From: Octopus sinensis
Lineage: Eukaryota
DNA: 64,000 nucleotides
Direction: 5' to 3'
Assembly (NCBI RefSeq): GCF_006345805.1
Contig: NC_042998.1
Coordinates: 160,270,001-160,334,000, forward strand
Numbering within the stretch: position 1 is the first letter of the stretch; each line of letters starts with the position of its first letter. Below, piece after piece: positions 62,191-64,000 of the stretch. Under the pieces are notes generated by a model, which was given only the letters and a program-made list of their open reading frames with translations, was not told where the DNA came from and searched no databases. A program made the translations under genes and the position numbers.

Positions 62191-64000
62191 CAATAGAAGA
62201 GCTACTTTTGCAATGTGTGCAGTTTTGAATAACCAATGATGACTAATAAAAATAGTTATGGCCCACTTTTGTCTTACTTTTGGAACAAACATTGTTTGTA
62301 TTTGTATATATATATATATATACTTAGGTATACACATGTAGACACAAACATTCACATAGTCTGGTGTTTTCTATTTCTTATTATTAGAAAGATGATGGAT
62401 AAGCATTATCAGTATTAAGATTCTATTAAAAATATTTCAAAATACATTACATTTTCTTCATGACTTAAAACTGAAAATATTCTTGATTGTAGTACAATAT
62501 TTTTGCCATTCAGATACTATGCTTCTGTCAACTATGTCCAGACTACATTGGTGTGTGAACAGCTACTGTGTTGGAGTTGTAGTTGATATAGACCTAGGTT
62601 TTGTTGCTAACCTATGCAGTAAACTATCATTTATTTATTAATCAGTTATAGCAATTATCCAAAGGGGAAATGTTATCGCTTTTTATTGCAATAATGAAGC
62701 AGCAGCCATGTGATAAAAGCGAAAAGATAAGCATAATTTTATAATGTGTGTGTGTGTGTGTTGTGTGTGTGTGTGTGTGTGTGTGTGTAAAGAAATACGA
62801 TGGAGAAGATGTATTGTAAAATTCATGAGAAAGCAATTGAAAATTTACAATACATTTTGGAAGAAGATGCTTACAGTAATAAAATTAAAGAACAAAGACA
62901 AAATTGATGGGAAAATAAAGCAACCAAAAGACAAAAGTCAATGGAAAAGTTTTATATTATTAAAACTTTCTATATCACTTCCGCCCCACTGTGTCTATCT
63001 GTCTGTCTCCCTCTTAATTTTTATCAACGTGACAGTGAAGGATAGGTAGTTAGCTGGTAGCAAGAGCAAAACCTTTTTGTAAATAAGTATTTAACTACAA
63101 CAAATTGTTTGGTTATTCTTTGATGTAAATAAATAAAAATAATGATAAGAGTAATAAAAATCAAGGATAAAAAATTGTTTTTAAAGAACAAAAACAAAAA
63201 ATTGCACACAAAAATATTTATTATCTCTCATAATATTTAATACCTGATGGTTATTAGTGAAGAAATAAACTGGAGCAGGTGATGGTATGTAGGTGGAGAG
63301 AGAGTGTTGTAAATAACTTTATGAAGACCTACAGGTAGAGGTTTATCTCAACTGGAAATAATGACTTTAGTATAGATAGAGAAAAAGTGTGAGTGTGTGT
63401 GGAAAATTGGTGAGAGGAAAGTGCATGATACCTTATGGTAAATGATTTAGTAAACTTTAGACTGCTTGGTGATGGTTGGATATTGATGGAGGAAGAAACT
63501 GAAAATTATTTGGAAAATAAGATATTTTTGCTCTGAATTTTATTCTCCACCACTTTCAATCTTTCTTATTTTATGTGGTTAATTAAATGTAGTAAATACT
63601 GAAGAAATATTAGTCATTGTTCTAAAGTAGAACATATTTCTATTTTTATTTTGTTGAATTTGTGTAAGTGCGTAAATATATACGTGTGTTTGTGTGTGTG
63701 TTTTGTTTGTTGTTTTTGAACCTCATGCCAACCCTGGTTGAGCTTCATTTTGATGAAAGGAGTTCTAGCCGTCACTTCCCTGCCCCTGACACAATGTGTC
63801 TAGTACTACATTATCCAAAGTGTCCTTCATTTTAAAAGTTAAGTACAGTGTGATTTCAAGGAAATTAAGTTGCTCTTCCCAGCTGGTCAAAAGAATTTGT
63901 TCCTTTGTGCATATACCATATGACAGGGATAGTGGACAGGGAAAGAAGGTGCATGTGTGTATGTGTATGTATGAGATTGAGATGCAGTAGAATCTTGTCA

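Noticed and set aside
1-64000. CRISPR arrays, operons or other prokaryotic systems
   Set aside because: The DNA is eukaryotic and repeat-rich, with no regularly spaced repeat-spacer array or dense ORFs.

Overview
This is 64 kb of AT-rich, microsatellite-dense eukaryotic DNA, intronic or intergenic. The SINE families and the TA/CA/GA/TATG tracts look like a coleoid cephalopod, most likely Octopus (my inference, not a database result). I can support no host protein-coding gene and no real tRNA or rRNA gene. Most ORFs in the track are translated microsatellites, SINEs or antisense frames. The recognisable coding sequence is all transposon-derived: a stop-free 5'-truncated CR1/L2-group LINE RT ORF (32107-33627), a second LINE 3' end (20364-20870), four mariner relics, a DD37D maT relic, a Helitron helicase C-terminus with its 3' hairpin, a Penelope GIY-YIG end, and RTE and R4/Dong relics. 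There are also MITEs and dozens of tRNA-headed SINEs. The most unusual structures are a 64-bp spacerless GC-rich palindrome (23399-23462), a 60-bp-arm hairpin with a TTAGGG loop between inverted SINEs (58442-58575), a minimal hammerhead-like fold with a variant core (31245-31280), a mariner made of two left ends nested in a SINE (15636-16472), a mariner-Helitron junction (53084-54347), a 24-bp repeat with a codon-like signature (19809-20215), and a ~960-bp tandem duplication with no substitutions seen that may be an assembly artefact. Ends of degenerate repeats are approximate.
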